Assembly (NCBI RefSeq): GCF_016026235.1
Contig: NZ_CP065613.1
From: Escherichia coli
GTDB taxonomy: Bacteria > Pseudomonadota > Gammaproteobacteria > Enterobacterales > Enterobacteriaceae
DNA: 64,000 nucleotides
Direction: 5' to 3' (one strand)
Position 1 is the stretch's first letter. Every line of letters begins with the position of its first letter. Position numbers and translations under genes: made by a program. The notes beneath the pieces are model-generated. The model was not told the DNA's origin. It saw only the letters and a list, made by a program, of their open reading frames with translations, and did not search any database. Of this stretch, positions 10,706-22,114 are shown one piece after another.

Positions 10706-12208
10706 ATGCTGAAAAGGAAAAAAGTAAAACCGATTACCCTTCGTGATGTCACCATTATTGATGACGGTAAACTGCGTAAAGCCATTACCGCAGCATCACT
10801 GGGTAATGCAATGGAATGGTTCGATTTTGGTGTTTATGGTTTTGTTGCTTACGCATTAGGTAAAGTTTTTTTCCCGGGGGCTGACCCCAGCGTGCAGATG
10901 GTTGCTGCACTTGCCACTTTCTCCGTTCCCTTTCTGATTCGACCGCTTGGCGGGCTCTTCTTTGGTATGTTGGGCGATAAATATGGTCGCCAGAAGATCC
11001 TCGCTATCACTATTGTGATTATGTCGATCAGTACGTTCTGTATTGGCTTAATACCGTCCTACGACACGATTGGTATTTGGGCACCGATTCTGCTGTTGAT
11101 CTGTAAGATGGCACAAGGTTTCTCGGTCGGCGGTGAATATACCGGGGCGTCGATATTTGTTGCGGAATACTCCCCTGACCGTAAACGTGGCTTTATGGGC
11201 AGCTGGCTGGACTTCGGTTCTATTGCCGGGTTTGTGCTGGGTGCGGGCGTGGTGGTGTTAATTTCGACCATTGTCGGCGAAGCGAACTTCCTCGACTGGG
11301 GCTGGCGTATTCCGTTCTTTATTGCTCTGCCGTTAGGGATTATCGGGCTTTACCTGCGCCATGCGCTGGAAGAAACTCCGGCGTTCCAGCAGCATGTTGA
11401 TAAACTGGAACAGGGCGACCGCGAAGGTTTGCAGGATGGCCCGAAAGTCTCGTTTAAAGAGATTGCCACTAAATACTGGCGCAGCCTGTTGACATGTATT
11501 GGTCTGGTAATTGCCACCAACGTGACTTACTACATGTTGCTGACCTATATGCCGAGTTATTTGTCGCATAACCTGCATTACTCCGAAGACCACGGGGTGC
11601 TGATTATTATCGCCATTATGATCGGTATGCTGTTTGTCCAGCCGGTGATGGGCTTGCTGAGTGACCGTTTTGGCCGTCGTCCGTTTGTGCTACTTGGTAG
11701 TGTTGCCCTGTTTGTGTTGGCGATCCCGGCGTTTATTCTGATTAACAGTAACGTCATCGGCCTGATTTTTGCCGGGTTACTGATGCTGGCGGTGATCCTT
11801 AACTGCTTTACGGGCGTTATGGCCTCTACCTTGCCAGCGATGTTCCCGACGCATATCCGTTACAGCGCGCTGGCGGCGGCATTTAATATTTCGGTGCTGG
11901 TTGCCGGTCTGACGCCAACACTGGCGGCCTGGCTGGTCGAAAGCTCGCAGAATCTGATGATGCCTGCCTATTACCTGATGGTAGTGGCGGTGATTGGTTT
12001 AATCACCGGCGTAACCATGAAAGAGACGGCAAATCGTCCGTTGAAAGGTGCGACACCGGCGGCGTCAGATATACAGGAAGCGAAGGAAATTCTCGTCGAG
12101 CATTACGATAATATCGAGCAGAAAATCGATGATATTGACCACGAGATTGCCGATTTGCAGGCGAAACGTACCCGCCTGGTGCAGCAACATCCGCGAATTG
12201 ATGAATAA
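10706..12208 (+). CDS. proP: proline/glycine-betaine osmosensing MFS transporter
   Basis: Start MLKRKKVKPITLRDV; 500 aa; 12 TM MFS with C-terminal coiled coil (IDDIDHEIADLQAKRTRL). Confidence 0.92.
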   Translation: MLKRKKVKPITLRDVTIIDDGKLRKAITAASLGNAMEWFDFGVYGFVAYALGKVFFPGADPSVQMVAALATFSVPFLIRPLGGLFFGMLGDKYGRQKILAITIVIMSISTFCIGLIPSYDTIGIWAPILLLICKMAQGFSVGGEYTGASIFVAEYSPDRKRGFMGSWLDFGSIAGFVLGAGVVVLISTIVGEANFLDWGWRIPFFIALPLGIIGLYLRHALEETPAFQQHVDKLEQGDREGLQDGPKVSFKEIATKYWRSLLTCIGLVIATNVTYYMLLTYMPSYLSHNLHYSEDHGVLIIIAIMIGMLFVQPVMGLLSDRFGRRPFVLLGSVALFVLAIPAFILINSNVIGLIFAGLLMLAVILNCFTGVMASTLPAMFPTHIRYSALAAAFNISVLVAGLTPTLAAWLVESSQNLMMPAYYLMVVAVIGLITGVTMKETANRPLKGATPAASDIQEAKEILVEHYDNIEQKIDDIDHEIADLQAKRTRLVQQHPRIDE

Positions 12209-12220
12209 GCTGAAACGGAT

Positions 12221-12250
12221 GGCCTGATGTGACGCTGTCTTATCAGGCCA
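12221..12250. repeat. REP element downstream of proP
   Basis: ggcctgatgtgacgctgtcttatcaggcc palindrome. Confidence 0.6.
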
Positions 12251-12319
12251 ATTGAACTCTTAAGGTTCACTTAATCTCTGCCGCGCATACTCTCCTCCAG
12301 ATTAACGGAGGAGAGTGCA

Positions 12320-12409
12320 ATGAAAAACCGTGTTTATGAAAGTTTAACTACCGTGTTCAGCGTGCTGGTGGTCAGCAGCTTTCTTTATATCTGGTTTGCC
12401 ACGTACTGA
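12320..12409 (+). CDS. pmrR: small membrane protein PmrR-like (29 aa)
   Basis: ATG 12320, MKNRVYESLTTVFSVLVVSSFLYIWFATY, stop 12407..12409; preceded by GGAGGAG SD; overlaps 3' end of basS on the opposite strand. Confidence 0.6.
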   Translation: MKNRVYESLTTVFSVLVVSSFLYIWFATY

Positions 12410-13485
12410 TCTTTCTTCAGCCGTATCCAGGCGCGCGTGCCAGAAGTCTCTTGCCGGTTTTGCAGGAAAAACTGCCCGTGATGCAACTGTGTAATGCGGC
12501 TGACAATACTTAACCCCAGACCAATCCCGCCATAACGGCTGTCCATACGTACAAACGCTTTACTCAACTCCCCGCATTTACTCTCATCAATACCCGGTCC
12601 TTCATCTTCAACGGCCATGACCGCTCCGCTATCTTCTTGCAGCTTAATCATAATGTTGCTGCCTTGCGGGCTGTAACGATGGGCGTTTTCTACTAGGTTT
12701 CGCAATAACATCCGCAGCAGGGTTGCATCACCCTGAACGGTGATGTCGGCGGCGCTCTCTGGCAATAGCAGGGTTTGCTGTCGCTGGTCGAGCATGGTAC
12801 TGAGTTCGTCATACGAGGGGAGAATGACATCTTCCAGCAGTTTTACATGTTGATAATTACCGGAAGAAAATGACTGTCCGGCACGCGCCAGTTGCAGCAG
12901 CTGGGAGACGCTCTCCATCATCTGATCAAGCCGTGCCACTAACGGTGCTACATCAATGTGATGCGTTTTCGCCAGCAGTTCCAGATGCAAACGTACCCCC
13001 GCCAGTGGCGTTCGCAGTTCGTGCGCGACGTCAGCGGTAAATAACCTTTCGTTATCCAGCGTGCTGGTCAGGCGACTGACCAGATCGTTCAACGCCGAAA
13101 CCACCGCTTCGATTTCGAGGGTGGCGCTGTGAATGGCAATGGGCGTTAAGTTGTCGGCGGTGCGCGCTTCCAGCTCTTTTTGCAGCTCCGCCAGCGGGCG
13201 GGTGATGCGGCGTACCGCCTGATAGCAGATAAATAGCGTCAGGCTGACCATAAAGACGCCGGGGACAATCAGGCTGGCGACCGCCTCGCGGATCTCACGC
13301 ATGATGTGGCGATCGTTGTTGCGATTGTCGCGTAGCGCCTGCTCAAACAGCTGAATCTGCTCGGTACTTTCATGCCATAGCCAGAAGACGCTGATCAGCT
13401 CAAACACCAACAAAATGGCCCCGATGGTCAATATCAGCCGTTGGCGCAGCGATATTGGTCGGCGCAGAAAACGCATCAGATTCAA
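12385..13485 (-). CDS. basS: sensor histidine kinase BasS/PmrB
   Basis: 366 aa ORF; H-box ADVAHELRTPLAG; HATPase motifs; start overlaps basR stop. Confidence 0.9.
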   Translation of the reverse strand: MNLMRFLRRPISLRQRLILTIGAILLVFELISVFWLWHESTEQIQLFEQALRDNRNNDRHIMREIREAVASLIVPGVFMVSLTLFICYQAVRRITRPLAELQKELEARTADNLTPIAIHSATLEIEAVVSALNDLVSRLTSTLDNERLFTADVAHELRTPLAGVRLHLELLAKTHHIDVAPLVARLDQMMESVSQLLQLARAGQSFSSGNYQHVKLLEDVILPSYDELSTMLDQRQQTLLLPESAADITVQGDATLLRMLLRNLVENAHRYSPQGSNIMIKLQEDSGAVMAVEDEGPGIDESKCGELSKAFVRMDSRYGGIGLGLSIVSRITQLHHGQFFLQNRQETSGTRAWIRLKKDQYVANQI

Positions 13486-14154
13486 TTAGTTTTCCTCATT
13501 CGCGACAAGCATATAGCCAAAGCCGCGCACGGTGCGGATACGGGCTTTGCCCACTTTGTCGCGCAGATTGTGGATATGCACTTCCAGGGTGTTGGTCGAG
13601 GGTTCATTGTCCCAGTTATAGATGTCGTTGTAGAGAATTTCCCGATGCACCGGACTGCCTGCTTTGAGCATTAACCGTGACAGCAGAGCATATTCTTTGG
13701 GCGTCAGAATCAACTCTTCACCGCCCATCCATACCTGACGGCGCCCCATGTTCAGCGTCAGATTGCCAACAATCAGCTCACTTTCGCCCTGATTATTATG
13801 GCGTCGTAGCAGGGCGCGGATACGGGCATGTAACTCTTCCAGCGCAAAAGGCTTCACCAGATAGTCGTCGGCACCGACATCCAGCCCGGCGATTTTGTCG
13901 GTCAGCGTATCGCGAGCGGTGAGGATCAGTACCGGCAGGGTATATTTTTTCTGCCGGATACGGGCGAGAAAATGCAGTCCATCTTCGTCGGGTAACCCTA
14001 AATCCAGTACCACCAGGCTGTAATGACCGGCCTCAAGGCTTTGTTCCGCCATCCGCGCGGTTGTCACGCCATCGCACGCGTAGCCTTCGGTTTGCACCGC
14101 CAGAATCAATCCCTGCAATAACAGCGTATCGTCTTCAACAATCAGAATTTTCAT
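13486..14154 (-). CDS. basR: response regulator BasR/PmrA
   Basis: 222 aa; MKILIVEDD receiver domain plus OmpR-type wHTH. Confidence 0.93.
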   Translation of the reverse strand: MKILIVEDDTLLLQGLILAVQTEGYACDGVTTARMAEQSLEAGHYSLVVLDLGLPDEDGLHFLARIRQKKYTLPVLILTARDTLTDKIAGLDVGADDYLVKPFALEELHARIRALLRRHNNQGESELIVGNLTLNMGRRQVWMGGEELILTPKEYALLSRLMLKAGSPVHREILYNDIYNWDNEPSTNTLEVHIHNLRDKVGKARIRTVRGFGYMLVANEEN

Positions 14155-15794
14155 TCACTCACTCTCCTGCAAGTTTGCAGAATATCATCCGCAGCCTGGT
14201 AATACTTCGTCTCAACGCCAGTTAATCCCAATAGCGTGGAGAATAAATTGTCTTGTGAATAGTGTTGCGTTTGCGCCTGTTTTTGCAGGCAGTTCTGGTC
14301 AACCTGATACCGTTTTTGATAATCCTCCGACAGCCACAGCAGCATCGGCACCTGTTTTTGGCTATCTGGGGCGATGGCATAAGGCAGACCGTGCAGATAG
14401 ATGCCATTTTCACCTAACGATTCACCGTGGTCAGAAAGATAAACCAGGCTGGTGGTAAATTTATCCTGATGTTCTTTCAGCAGATTAATCGCTTTATCAA
14501 CAATATAGTCGACGTAAACCAGCGTGTTGTCGTAAGTGTTCACCAGTTGCTCTTTGGTACAGGTCTGGATCTCATTGGTGTCGCAGGTTGGGGTAAATTT
14601 CCTGAACTGCGGCGGATAGCGGTTGTAATAGGTCGGACCGTGGCTGCCGATGGTGTGTAAGACAATCACGCCATCACCCTGCAGGTTATTGATGTACTCT
14701 TCCAGCCCGTGGAACAGCACTTCGTCATAGCATTCGCCGTTGATGCACTGACCAGGCAGATTCAGCGCGGTGACGTTCTGGTGAGGCACGCGGTCGCAGG
14801 CACCTTTACAGCCACCATCGTTGTCATTCCACAGCACGTTGATGCCCGCTCGCTGAATGATATCCAGCACGCCTTCCTGGTGCTGTGCCAGCTCTTCTTT
14901 GTAATGCTCACGCGGCATATCCGAGAACATGCACGGTACTGAAACTGCCGTTGCCGTGCCGCAAGATGCGGTATTAGGGAAATAGACCACGTTATCTTTC
15001 GCCAGCCGCGGGTTAGTTTCACGCGGGTAGCCGTTGAGGGAGAAGTTCTCCGCCCGCGAGGTTTCGCCGACAATCAGGATGGTCAAATTTTTACGTTTTT
15101 CGTTCTGCATTAATGGGTTGCGGTGCGCGTCTTCACCAATTCGCACCAGCGGCAGATTTGCCAGTCGCTGATGGGAGTACCATGACCAGCTGGCAACAAT
15201 GCTGTTAGAGGGGCTTAAGGACTTCACCAGCTCTTTGTTGTTGCGGAACAACGAGGCGTAGTCTTTATAAAACAGTGCGGCGACCAGCAAAATCAGCAGT
15301 ACAGAAACCAGAATATTGGCTCCACGGAAAAGAACACTGCGCAGACGCGAGGTGGCAGGTTTGATTTTAATCCAGCAGGCAATCAGCGCAGCAAGCACGC
15401 CGCTGAATCCCAGCGTTAATAACATTTGCGGTGTCATCAGCGCATAGCTTTCTGCCGGAGTGGTATCAATAATATTGGCAATCATCGAGCGGTCGATGAC
15501 GATGCCGTAAGTCATTATGAAATATTGTGCAGCCGCGCCAACCAGAATAAACAGGCAGGCCAGCGGTCGATTAAGCCATAAGAAAGAGCTTAGTGTCAGG
15601 ACAATATTAATCACGCTGAAGGCGACGACCGGCATCGACAAGAAAACCAGTACGTTATGCAGCGAGTCCAGCGGCAGCGCCTGCAACACCTGTTTAAAAA
15701 AGGCAATATTCAGGCAGATAGAGATATAAAAAGCGGCCAACAATAGCCAGGCGAGTAAATTCAAAGAGGGTCTTTTTAGTAGGCGCTTCAACAT
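14151..15794 (-). CDS. eptA: lipid A phosphoethanolamine transferase EptA/PmrC
   Basis: Start [14 protein letters not shown]; 547 aa; sulfatase-like domain; 4-nt overlap with basR (pmrCAB operon). Confidence 0.9.
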   Translation of the reverse strand: MLKRLLKRPSLNLLAWLLLAAFYISICLNIAFFKQVLQALPLDSLHNVLVFLSMPVVAFSVINIVLTLSSFLWLNRPLACLFILVGAAAQYFIMTYGIVIDRSMIANIIDTTPAESYALMTPQMLLTLGFSGVLAALIACWIKIKPATSRLRSVLFRGANILVSVLLILLVAALFYKDYASLFRNNKELVKSLSPSNSIVASWSWYSHQRLANLPLVRIGEDAHRNPLMQNEKRKNLTILIVGETSRAENFSLNGYPRETNPRLAKDNVVYFPNTASCGTATAVSVPCMFSDMPREHYKEELAQHQEGVLDIIQRAGINVLWNDNDGGCKGACDRVPHQNVTALNLPGQCINGECYDEVLFHGLEEYINNLQGDGVIVLHTIGSHGPTYYNRYPPQFRKFTPTCDTNEIQTCTKEQLVNTYDNTLVYVDYIVDKAINLLKEHQDKFTTSLVYLSDHGESLGENGIYLHGLPYAIAPDSQKQVPMLLWLSEDYQKRYQVDQNCLQKQAQTQHYSQDNLFSTLLGLTGVETKYYQAADDILQTCRRVSE

Positions 15795-15844
15795 CACGGT
15801 GTTTCCATCGAACAAAGTGCGCATATGCTCGCAAAGCAAAATTA

Positions 15845-15878
15845 AGCCAACCTTAAGTTCTTAAGGTTGGCTTTTATC
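15845..15878 (-). terminator. intrinsic terminator downstream of adiC
   Basis: Perfect hairpin gccaaccttaag/cttaaggttggc followed by T-run. Confidence 0.6.
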
Positions 15879-15897
15879 TTTGCTGGATTAAGGGGAA

Positions 15898-17235
15898 TTA
15901 ATCTTTGCTTATTGGTGCATCTAAGGGATACGGGTTTTTATGCAGCCGGTTGTAATTCAGCGCATACATGGCGGTGATGACCATCAGGGTGACAAATGAC
16001 CACATAACCTCTTTCGCCCCGGACCCCACCACGGCCCAGATGCAGTAGAGGAAGGCAATGGTAGTAACTGCCAGATATGCCGGGCGTGCTTTACCAAAGT
16101 GACCGTGTCCGAGCAGCAGTAACGCCGCACAGGTGTAAAGATATGGCACCAGTGTAAAGATGACCGAGACGGAAGAAACCAGACCGAATTCTTTGGTCGC
16201 GTTTGGTGAAATGCTGCTGAGCTGGAAGATGGTCATCAAAATACCGACGATAATCAGCCCCGCCACTGGCGTACCCGCTTTATTTACACGGGCAAAAATC
16301 GGTGGGAACAGTCCGTCATCGGCAGCGGCTTTCGCCGTTTGACCCGCCAGCAATGTCCAGCCGCCCAGTGAACCTAAGCAACCCGCAGCTGCGCAGAAGG
16401 AAACAATGGCCCCGGCGGTGTCACCCAACGCCATCCGTGCGGCATCACCGAATGGCGAGGCAGAAACGCGCAGTGCGGCATTAGGGATCATCCCCATAAT
16501 CGCGGTGGTGGAGAGCACATAGCAAACGGCGGCAATCAATACCCCACCGATGGTGGCGATAGGGACATTGCGTTTCGGGTTTTTCACCACACCTGCGGCA
16601 ACGGAGGCACTTTCCACACCGATGAACGACCACAGCGTAACGTTAAGGGTACTTTGAATTGCACCGAAGGTGCCCAGGCCGCTGACGTTCCATGCCGCCA
16701 TATAGGTTTCACCACGGAACCAGAACCAGCCAAATACGGCAATCCCGACGATGGGGATCAGCGCCAGCACGGTGGCAACGGCCTGCACACGGGTGATCAT
16801 TTTCGGACCGACAATGTTCAGCAGGACGAAGATCCACAGCACCACGACGCAGGTGATGGTTAATACCAATGGATCTTTCAGAATCGGGAAGAAGTAACTT
16901 AAATATCCTACGCCAATGACCACCATGGCGATATTGCCGATCCAGCAGGCCAGCCAGTAGAGGACGTTGGTTTGATAACCGAGAAACGGGCCAAAGCAGC
17001 GGCGGGCGTAAGCGTAAGAACCACCAGGACTTGGATCGAGGAACGACATTTTGGCGTATACCATCGAGAGCCCCAGCGCACCGATAATCGTCACCAACCA
17101 TCCATAAATGGCAATCCCGCCAGTGGAGGCCAGGTTTGCAGGTAACAGAAAAACACCTGACCCCATAATATTCCCCGACACCATCAGGGTGACGGGGATT
17201 AAGCCCACTTTGTGAGCATCAGCATCCGAAGACAT
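15898..17235 (-). CDS. adiC: arginine:agmatine antiporter
   Basis: 445 aa APC-family transporter; starts [19 protein letters not shown]. Confidence 0.92.
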
Positions 17236-17371
17236 AATTAAACTCCTGCGAAGGCGAGCTTCGTGATAATAAATTACGTCATATCATACGCCTGCATTCG
17301 ATAGTTGAATTATTATCGACCGGGTTATCGCTGATGCCGTTATTAATATAGCTCTTCGTTAAGGTTAAAAA

Positions 17372-18133
17372 TCAGGCGACAGTGCGTTCTCTGTGCTGAC
17401 TAACATAATGCAGCGGTGTCATACCGTAGAAGTCTTTAAAGACAGAAATAAAGTACGACGTACTGTTGTAGCCGCAGGACTGTGATACCTGAGAGATATT
17501 TTTACCGTCCATCATTAATTCATTTACGGCATAACGCATGCGGCAGGTGGTGATTATTTGGCTATAACTGGTGTTTTCGCTTTTCAGCTTTTTCTTTAAC
17601 AGACTAGGGCTAAGGCATAAACAACTGGCTACCATACTAAGATTCCAGTCTTTGTGAATATCGCTTTCAATAATTTGATAAACGCTGTCACTTACACAAT
17701 TACGTAACATATACATCATTAATGAAAGGAATTTTTTACTGTCGAGAAAACGGGATAGCACCGTGAATAATAATGCGCGTGTTCGTTCCTTTTCTGACTC
17801 AGTTTCTGCGGGCATCATGCTATGTTGCGCGGCAACGCGAAAGACGTCTGGCGTCAGGCATGGCAGGGTGAGTATGGGCGTAGCGCTACGTTGCCATACT
17901 GGTATTTGCGAGAGATCTTTATTCAGAAACCGGAGGTAATCTTTGATGATGTCGTGACTAATATGAGCAACCAAAGTGTTGTTAAGAGAGGAGACGTCGA
18001 TAATATTATTTTCACAATTTAATAACGCCATATGGTTAGCTTTAAGGCTAATAGGTTCTTTCCCATTCACCCTTATCCAGACATCTTTTTCAGTCAATAA
18101 AACAATACAAGGTTGGTCGCTGCAAATCCTCAT
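17372..18133 (-). CDS. adiY: AraC-family regulator AdiY
   Basis: 253 aa; C-terminal AraC HTH; between adiA and adiC. Confidence 0.9.
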   Translation of the reverse strand: MRICSDQPCIVLLTEKDVWIRVNGKEPISLKANHMALLNCENNIIDVSSLNNTLVAHISHDIIKDYLRFLNKDLSQIPVWQRSATPILTLPCLTPDVFRVAAQHSMMPAETESEKERTRALLFTVLSRFLDSKKFLSLMMYMLRNCVSDSVYQIIESDIHKDWNLSMVASCLCLSPSLLKKKLKSENTSYSQIITTCRMRYAVNELMMDGKNISQVSQSCGYNSTSYFISVFKDFYGMTPLHYVSQHRERTVA

Positions 18134-18312
18134 ACATGTACTCCTGAGTGCGAATAAAAGACCAGTTCTCGCTAAAGCAAAGCGATACCGGGAAATGGTT
18201 ATATAATTGTATGATGAATATAAACATGCATAAAAATAACGAGTTTTACTAATATTACAAATTTTTATAGTAATTTCTCATGTACATATTTTTTTACAGG
18301 ATAAATAACAGG

Positions 18313-18342
18313 CAAAAAAAAGCGCGGGGTGGGGCCGCGCAA
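18313..18342 (-). terminator. intrinsic terminator downstream of adiA
   Basis: aaaaaaaagcgcggggtggggccgcgc: GC hairpin followed by U-run on the minus-strand transcript. Confidence 0.6.
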
Positions 18343-18457
18343 AAAGTATGACATTTTTGTTTGCAGCAATTTTTATGAAAACGTTGCCATACTCAAAAGG
18401 CCTAAGGCCAGGCGGCGTAATGTTATTTAAACAATTACGCCTTCAGCGGAATAGTGG

Positions 18458-20725
18458 TTACGCTTTCACACACATAACGTGGTAAATACCGTCAATAATT
18501 TCAGTCCCTTCAGTTTCGTGTTCAAATCCAGGGAAATGGTGGTCCCAGGATTGCAGCGAGCGTAAATAACTTACTTGCGGACTGTTTTTATCGCCGAAGT
18601 TTTCACCAGACAGCAGCATCGGGATTCCTGGCGGATACGGGATAACTGAGTTTGCCGCGATGCGTCCTGGCAGATTTTCAATGGATACCAGTTCGACATT
18701 GTTGTCGACAATCGCGTTGTACGCTTCACGCGGGGTGATTTCCGCCACCGGCAGGCCGGAATAGGCTTCGTTCAACCGTGCGCCAGGGTTGTTTTCTTTC
18801 AGCCAGGCAAACATGGTGTCACCCAGATCGTGAATCCCCATGTTCGCGTAAGTGTCAGGATATTGTTCAACAAGTTCCGGCATCACCTGCGCCAGCGGTG
18901 TGTTGGCGTCATAGTGGCGTTTGAAGGAGCAAAGGGTGTTAACCAGAGTCCCCCATTTCCCACGGGTTACGCCCATAGAGAACAGGAACATAATTTGGAA
19001 GTCAGTGGTGCGGGTAGGCACAATGCCATGGCGACCAAGCCAGGCAGTGACCAGCGCCGCCGGAACACCGGTTTCTTCCAGTTCACCATCTTCACCCATT
19101 CCCGGAGCAAGGATGCTGACTTTAATCGGGTCGAGCATACTCCAGTTATCCGGAATATCTTTGAAGCCGTGCCAGCTTTCGCCCGGATGCATTACCCAGC
19201 AGTCCTGAACGGTGGTCAGCAGTTTTGTTGGTGCGTCAGCAAAGTCATAGGTTTTGCCGGTTTGTGGGTCGGTGACGACTTCTTTGTTCCACGGTTTGAA
19301 GAACCAGCTACCGTCAGCGGTGAACTCTTTATACAGCCGCGCCATCGCCTGACGAAAATCAACCGCTTCGTCAATCACTTCTTGTGTCAGTGACAGGCCG
19401 CTGTTGCCGTCCATCATCGACACCGCCACGTCGTTGGATGCGCAGATGGCATACAGCGGGGAGGTGGTGGCATGCATCATGTAGGCCTGGTTGAAGCGGG
19501 AGAAGTTAATCGCCCCACGACCTTCACGTACATGAATATAAGAAGCCTGTGAAAGCGCATTCAGCAGTTTGTGGGTGGAGTGGGTGGCGAAAACGGTAGG
19601 ACCGTTGTGATCGCCAGGTTCGCCGCGCATGGCATAGTGATCGGCATAGATCGGGTTGAAACGTGCATAGCCGTACCAGGCTTCGTCAAAGTGCAGACGA
19701 TCGGAGGTTTTTTCCAGCAGATCCTGCGCTTCTTTAGCGTTATAACACACGCCGTCATAGGTGCAGTTGGTCACCACGCAGTAAGACGGTTTTTGCCCGG
19801 CTTTGTCTTTAGTCAGCGGGCTTTCACTGATTTTCTTCTGCAAGGATTCAGGTTGCATTTCCTGCGGATAGATTGGCCCGATAATGCCGTAGCGGTTGCG
19901 GCTTGGCACCATATAGACCGGTTTCGCGCCTGTCAGCATCAAACCTTGTTCGATGGATTTATGGCAGTTACGGTCAACAACCACTACATCGTTATCGGTC
20001 ATGCAAGCCTGCATGATGGTGCGGTTAGAGCCGGAAGTACCGACGACTACCGACCAGGAGCGATCGGCACCAAATACGCGTGCGGCATATTTTTCGCTTT
20101 CGCCAAATGCGCCAGTATGGTCAAGCAAAGAACCGAGGGAAGTTCGTTCGATGCCCATGTCGGTGCGAAACAGATTTTCACCATAGTAGTCATGGTAGAA
20201 ACGTCCGGCGGGTGTTTTGGTAAAACCAACGCCGCCCTGGTGGCCTGGCGCTGCCCAGGAATATTCATGGATGTCACTATATTTCATCAGCGCGCTGAAC
20301 AGTGGCGGCAACAGCTGCTGGCGGTAGCGGGTCATCGCGGCAACGGCGCGTCCGGCGATAAAGTCGGCGGTATCTTCCAGAATCCAGGCGAATTCATCGA
20401 CAAGCTCCAGCAGATCCCGGTCCATTGCGGCGAGGGCTTTTTCCCGATCGCCCAACAGGAAGACCGGCACGTTTTGTTGGCGCTCATGAAGCTTACCGAT
20501 CAATTGTCTGACGTTTTGATGTTCGTCCGGATGTTCCATTTGATAGCTGAACATCAGGCAGTCAATGGCTTCGTTCGAAGAGAGAATGGCAAAACCATCA
20601 TCAAAGGAGGTGGATTTAATCACGGTAACATTTTGCTGGCTTAAAGCATCTGCCAGACGCTCAACGGCGTTACCGACCCAGGTGTCTTGATGGAGAAACT
20701 CGCTTTCAACAATTAATACTTTCAT
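18458..20725 (-). CDS. adiA: biodegradative arginine decarboxylase
   Basis: 755 aa; PLP fold-III decarboxylase, paralogous to CadA in this window (STHKLL lysine motif). Confidence 0.93.
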   Translation of the reverse strand: MKVLIVESEFLHQDTWVGNAVERLADALSQQNVTVIKSTSFDDGFAILSSNEAIDCLMFSYQMEHPDEHQNVRQLIGKLHERQQNVPVFLLGDREKALAAMDRDLLELVDEFAWILEDTADFIAGRAVAAMTRYRQQLLPPLFSALMKYSDIHEYSWAAPGHQGGVGFTKTPAGRFYHDYYGENLFRTDMGIERTSLGSLLDHTGAFGESEKYAARVFGADRSWSVVVGTSGSNRTIMQACMTDNDVVVVDRNCHKSIEQGLMLTGAKPVYMVPSRNRYGIIGPIYPQEMQPESLQKKISESPLTKDKAGQKPSYCVVTNCTYDGVCYNAKEAQDLLEKTSDRLHFDEAWYGYARFNPIYADHYAMRGEPGDHNGPTVFATHSTHKLLNALSQASYIHVREGRGAINFSRFNQAYMMHATTSPLYAICASNDVAVSMMDGNSGLSLTQEVIDEAVDFRQAMARLYKEFTADGSWFFKPWNKEVVTDPQTGKTYDFADAPTKLLTTVQDCWVMHPGESWHGFKDIPDNWSMLDPIKVSILAPGMGEDGELEETGVPAALVTAWLGRHGIVPTRTTDFQIMFLFSMGVTRGKWGTLVNTLCSFKRHYDANTPLAQVMPELVEQYPDTYANMGIHDLGDTMFAWLKENNPGARLNEAYSGLPVAEITPREAYNAIVDNNVELVSIENLPGRIAANSVIPYPPGIPMLLSGENFGDKNSPQVSYLRSLQSWDHHFPGFEHETEGTEIIDGIYHVMCVKA

Positions 20726-20923
20726 CATTGCTTACCCGGTTATGAAGGAATCTTCGTTGCGGGCAAGTATCTTCCGGCCTTTTCGGGCTGTAAAGCGCGT
20801 GAAAAACAAACATTTTTGAAATATTTATTTTTATAAACAATGCGTTATGTGATTATTTTAAATTATTTTCACTGCTTATTATCGACGGCTAAACTATTTT
20901 TTTGGCTGATACTGATATCGTCT

Positions 20924-21832
20924 TTAGCCGGGAAACGTCTGGCGGCGCTGTTGGCTAAGTTTGCGGTATTGTTGCGGCGACATGCCGACATATTTGCCGA
21001 ACGTGCTGTAAAAACGACTACTTGAACGAAAGCCTGCCGTCAGGGCAATATCGAGAATACTTTTATCGGTATCGCTCAGTAACGCGCGAACGTGGTTGAT
21101 GCGCATCGCGGTTATGTACTGTTTCATCGTCAATTGCATGACCCGCTGGAATATCCCCATTGCATAGTTGGCGTTAAGTTTGACGTGCTCAGCCACATCG
21201 TTGATGGTCAGCGCCTGATCATAGTTTTCGGCAATAAAGCCCAGCATCTGGCTAACATAAAATTGCGCATGGCGCGAGACGCTGTTTTTGTGTGTGCGCG
21301 AGGTTTTATTGACCAGAATCGGTTCCCAGCCAGAGAGGCTAAATCGCTTGAGCATCAGGCCAATTTCATCAATGGCGAGCTGGCGAATTTGCTCGTTCGG
21401 ACTGTTCAATTCCTGCTGCCAGCGGCGCACTTCAAACGGGCTAAGTTGCTGTGTCGCCAGTGATTTGATCACCATACCGTGAGTGACGTGGTTAATCAGG
21501 TCTTTATCCAGCGGCCAGGAGAGAAACAGATGCATCGGCAAATTAAAAATCGCCATGCTCTGACAGGTTCCGGTATCTGTTAGTTGGTGCGGTGTACAGG
21601 CCCAGAACAGCGTGATATGTCCCTGATTGATACTCACTTTTTCATTGTTGATCAGGTATTCCACATCGCCATCGAAAGGCACATTCACTTCGACCTGACC
21701 ATGCCAGTGGCTGGTGGGCATGATATGTGGTGCGCGAAACTCAATCTCCATCCGCTGGTATTCCGAATACATCGACAGCGGGCTGCGGGTCTGTTTTTCG
21801 TCGCTGCTGCACATAAACGTATCTGTATTCAT
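20924..21832 (-). CDS. melR: AraC-family melibiose operon activator
   Basis: 302 aa; divergent from melAB. Confidence 0.92.
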   Translation of the reverse strand: MNTDTFMCSSDEKQTRSPLSMYSEYQRMEIEFRAPHIMPTSHWHGQVEVNVPFDGDVEYLINNEKVSINQGHITLFWACTPHQLTDTGTCQSMAIFNLPMHLFLSWPLDKDLINHVTHGMVIKSLATQQLSPFEVRRWQQELNSPNEQIRQLAIDEIGLMLKRFSLSGWEPILVNKTSRTHKNSVSRHAQFYVSQMLGFIAENYDQALTINDVAEHVKLNANYAMGIFQRVMQLTMKQYITAMRINHVRALLSDTDKSILDIALTAGFRSSSRFYSTFGKYVGMSPQQYRKLSQQRRQTFPG

Positions 21833-22114
21833 GGATGGCTCTCTTTCCTGGAATATCAGAATTATGGCAGGAGTGAGGGAGGATGACTGCGAGTGGGAGC
21901 ACGGTTTTCACCCTCTTCCCAGAGAGGCGAGGGGACTGTCCGAGCATCATGAGGCCGAAAACTCTGCTTTTCAGGTAATTTATTCCCATAAACTCAGATT
22001 TACTGCTGCTTCACGCAGGATCTGAGTTTATGGGAATGCTCAACCTGGAAGCCGGAGGTTTTATGCAGATTTGCCTGCCATGATGAAGTTATTCAAGCAA
22101 GCCAGGAGATCTGC

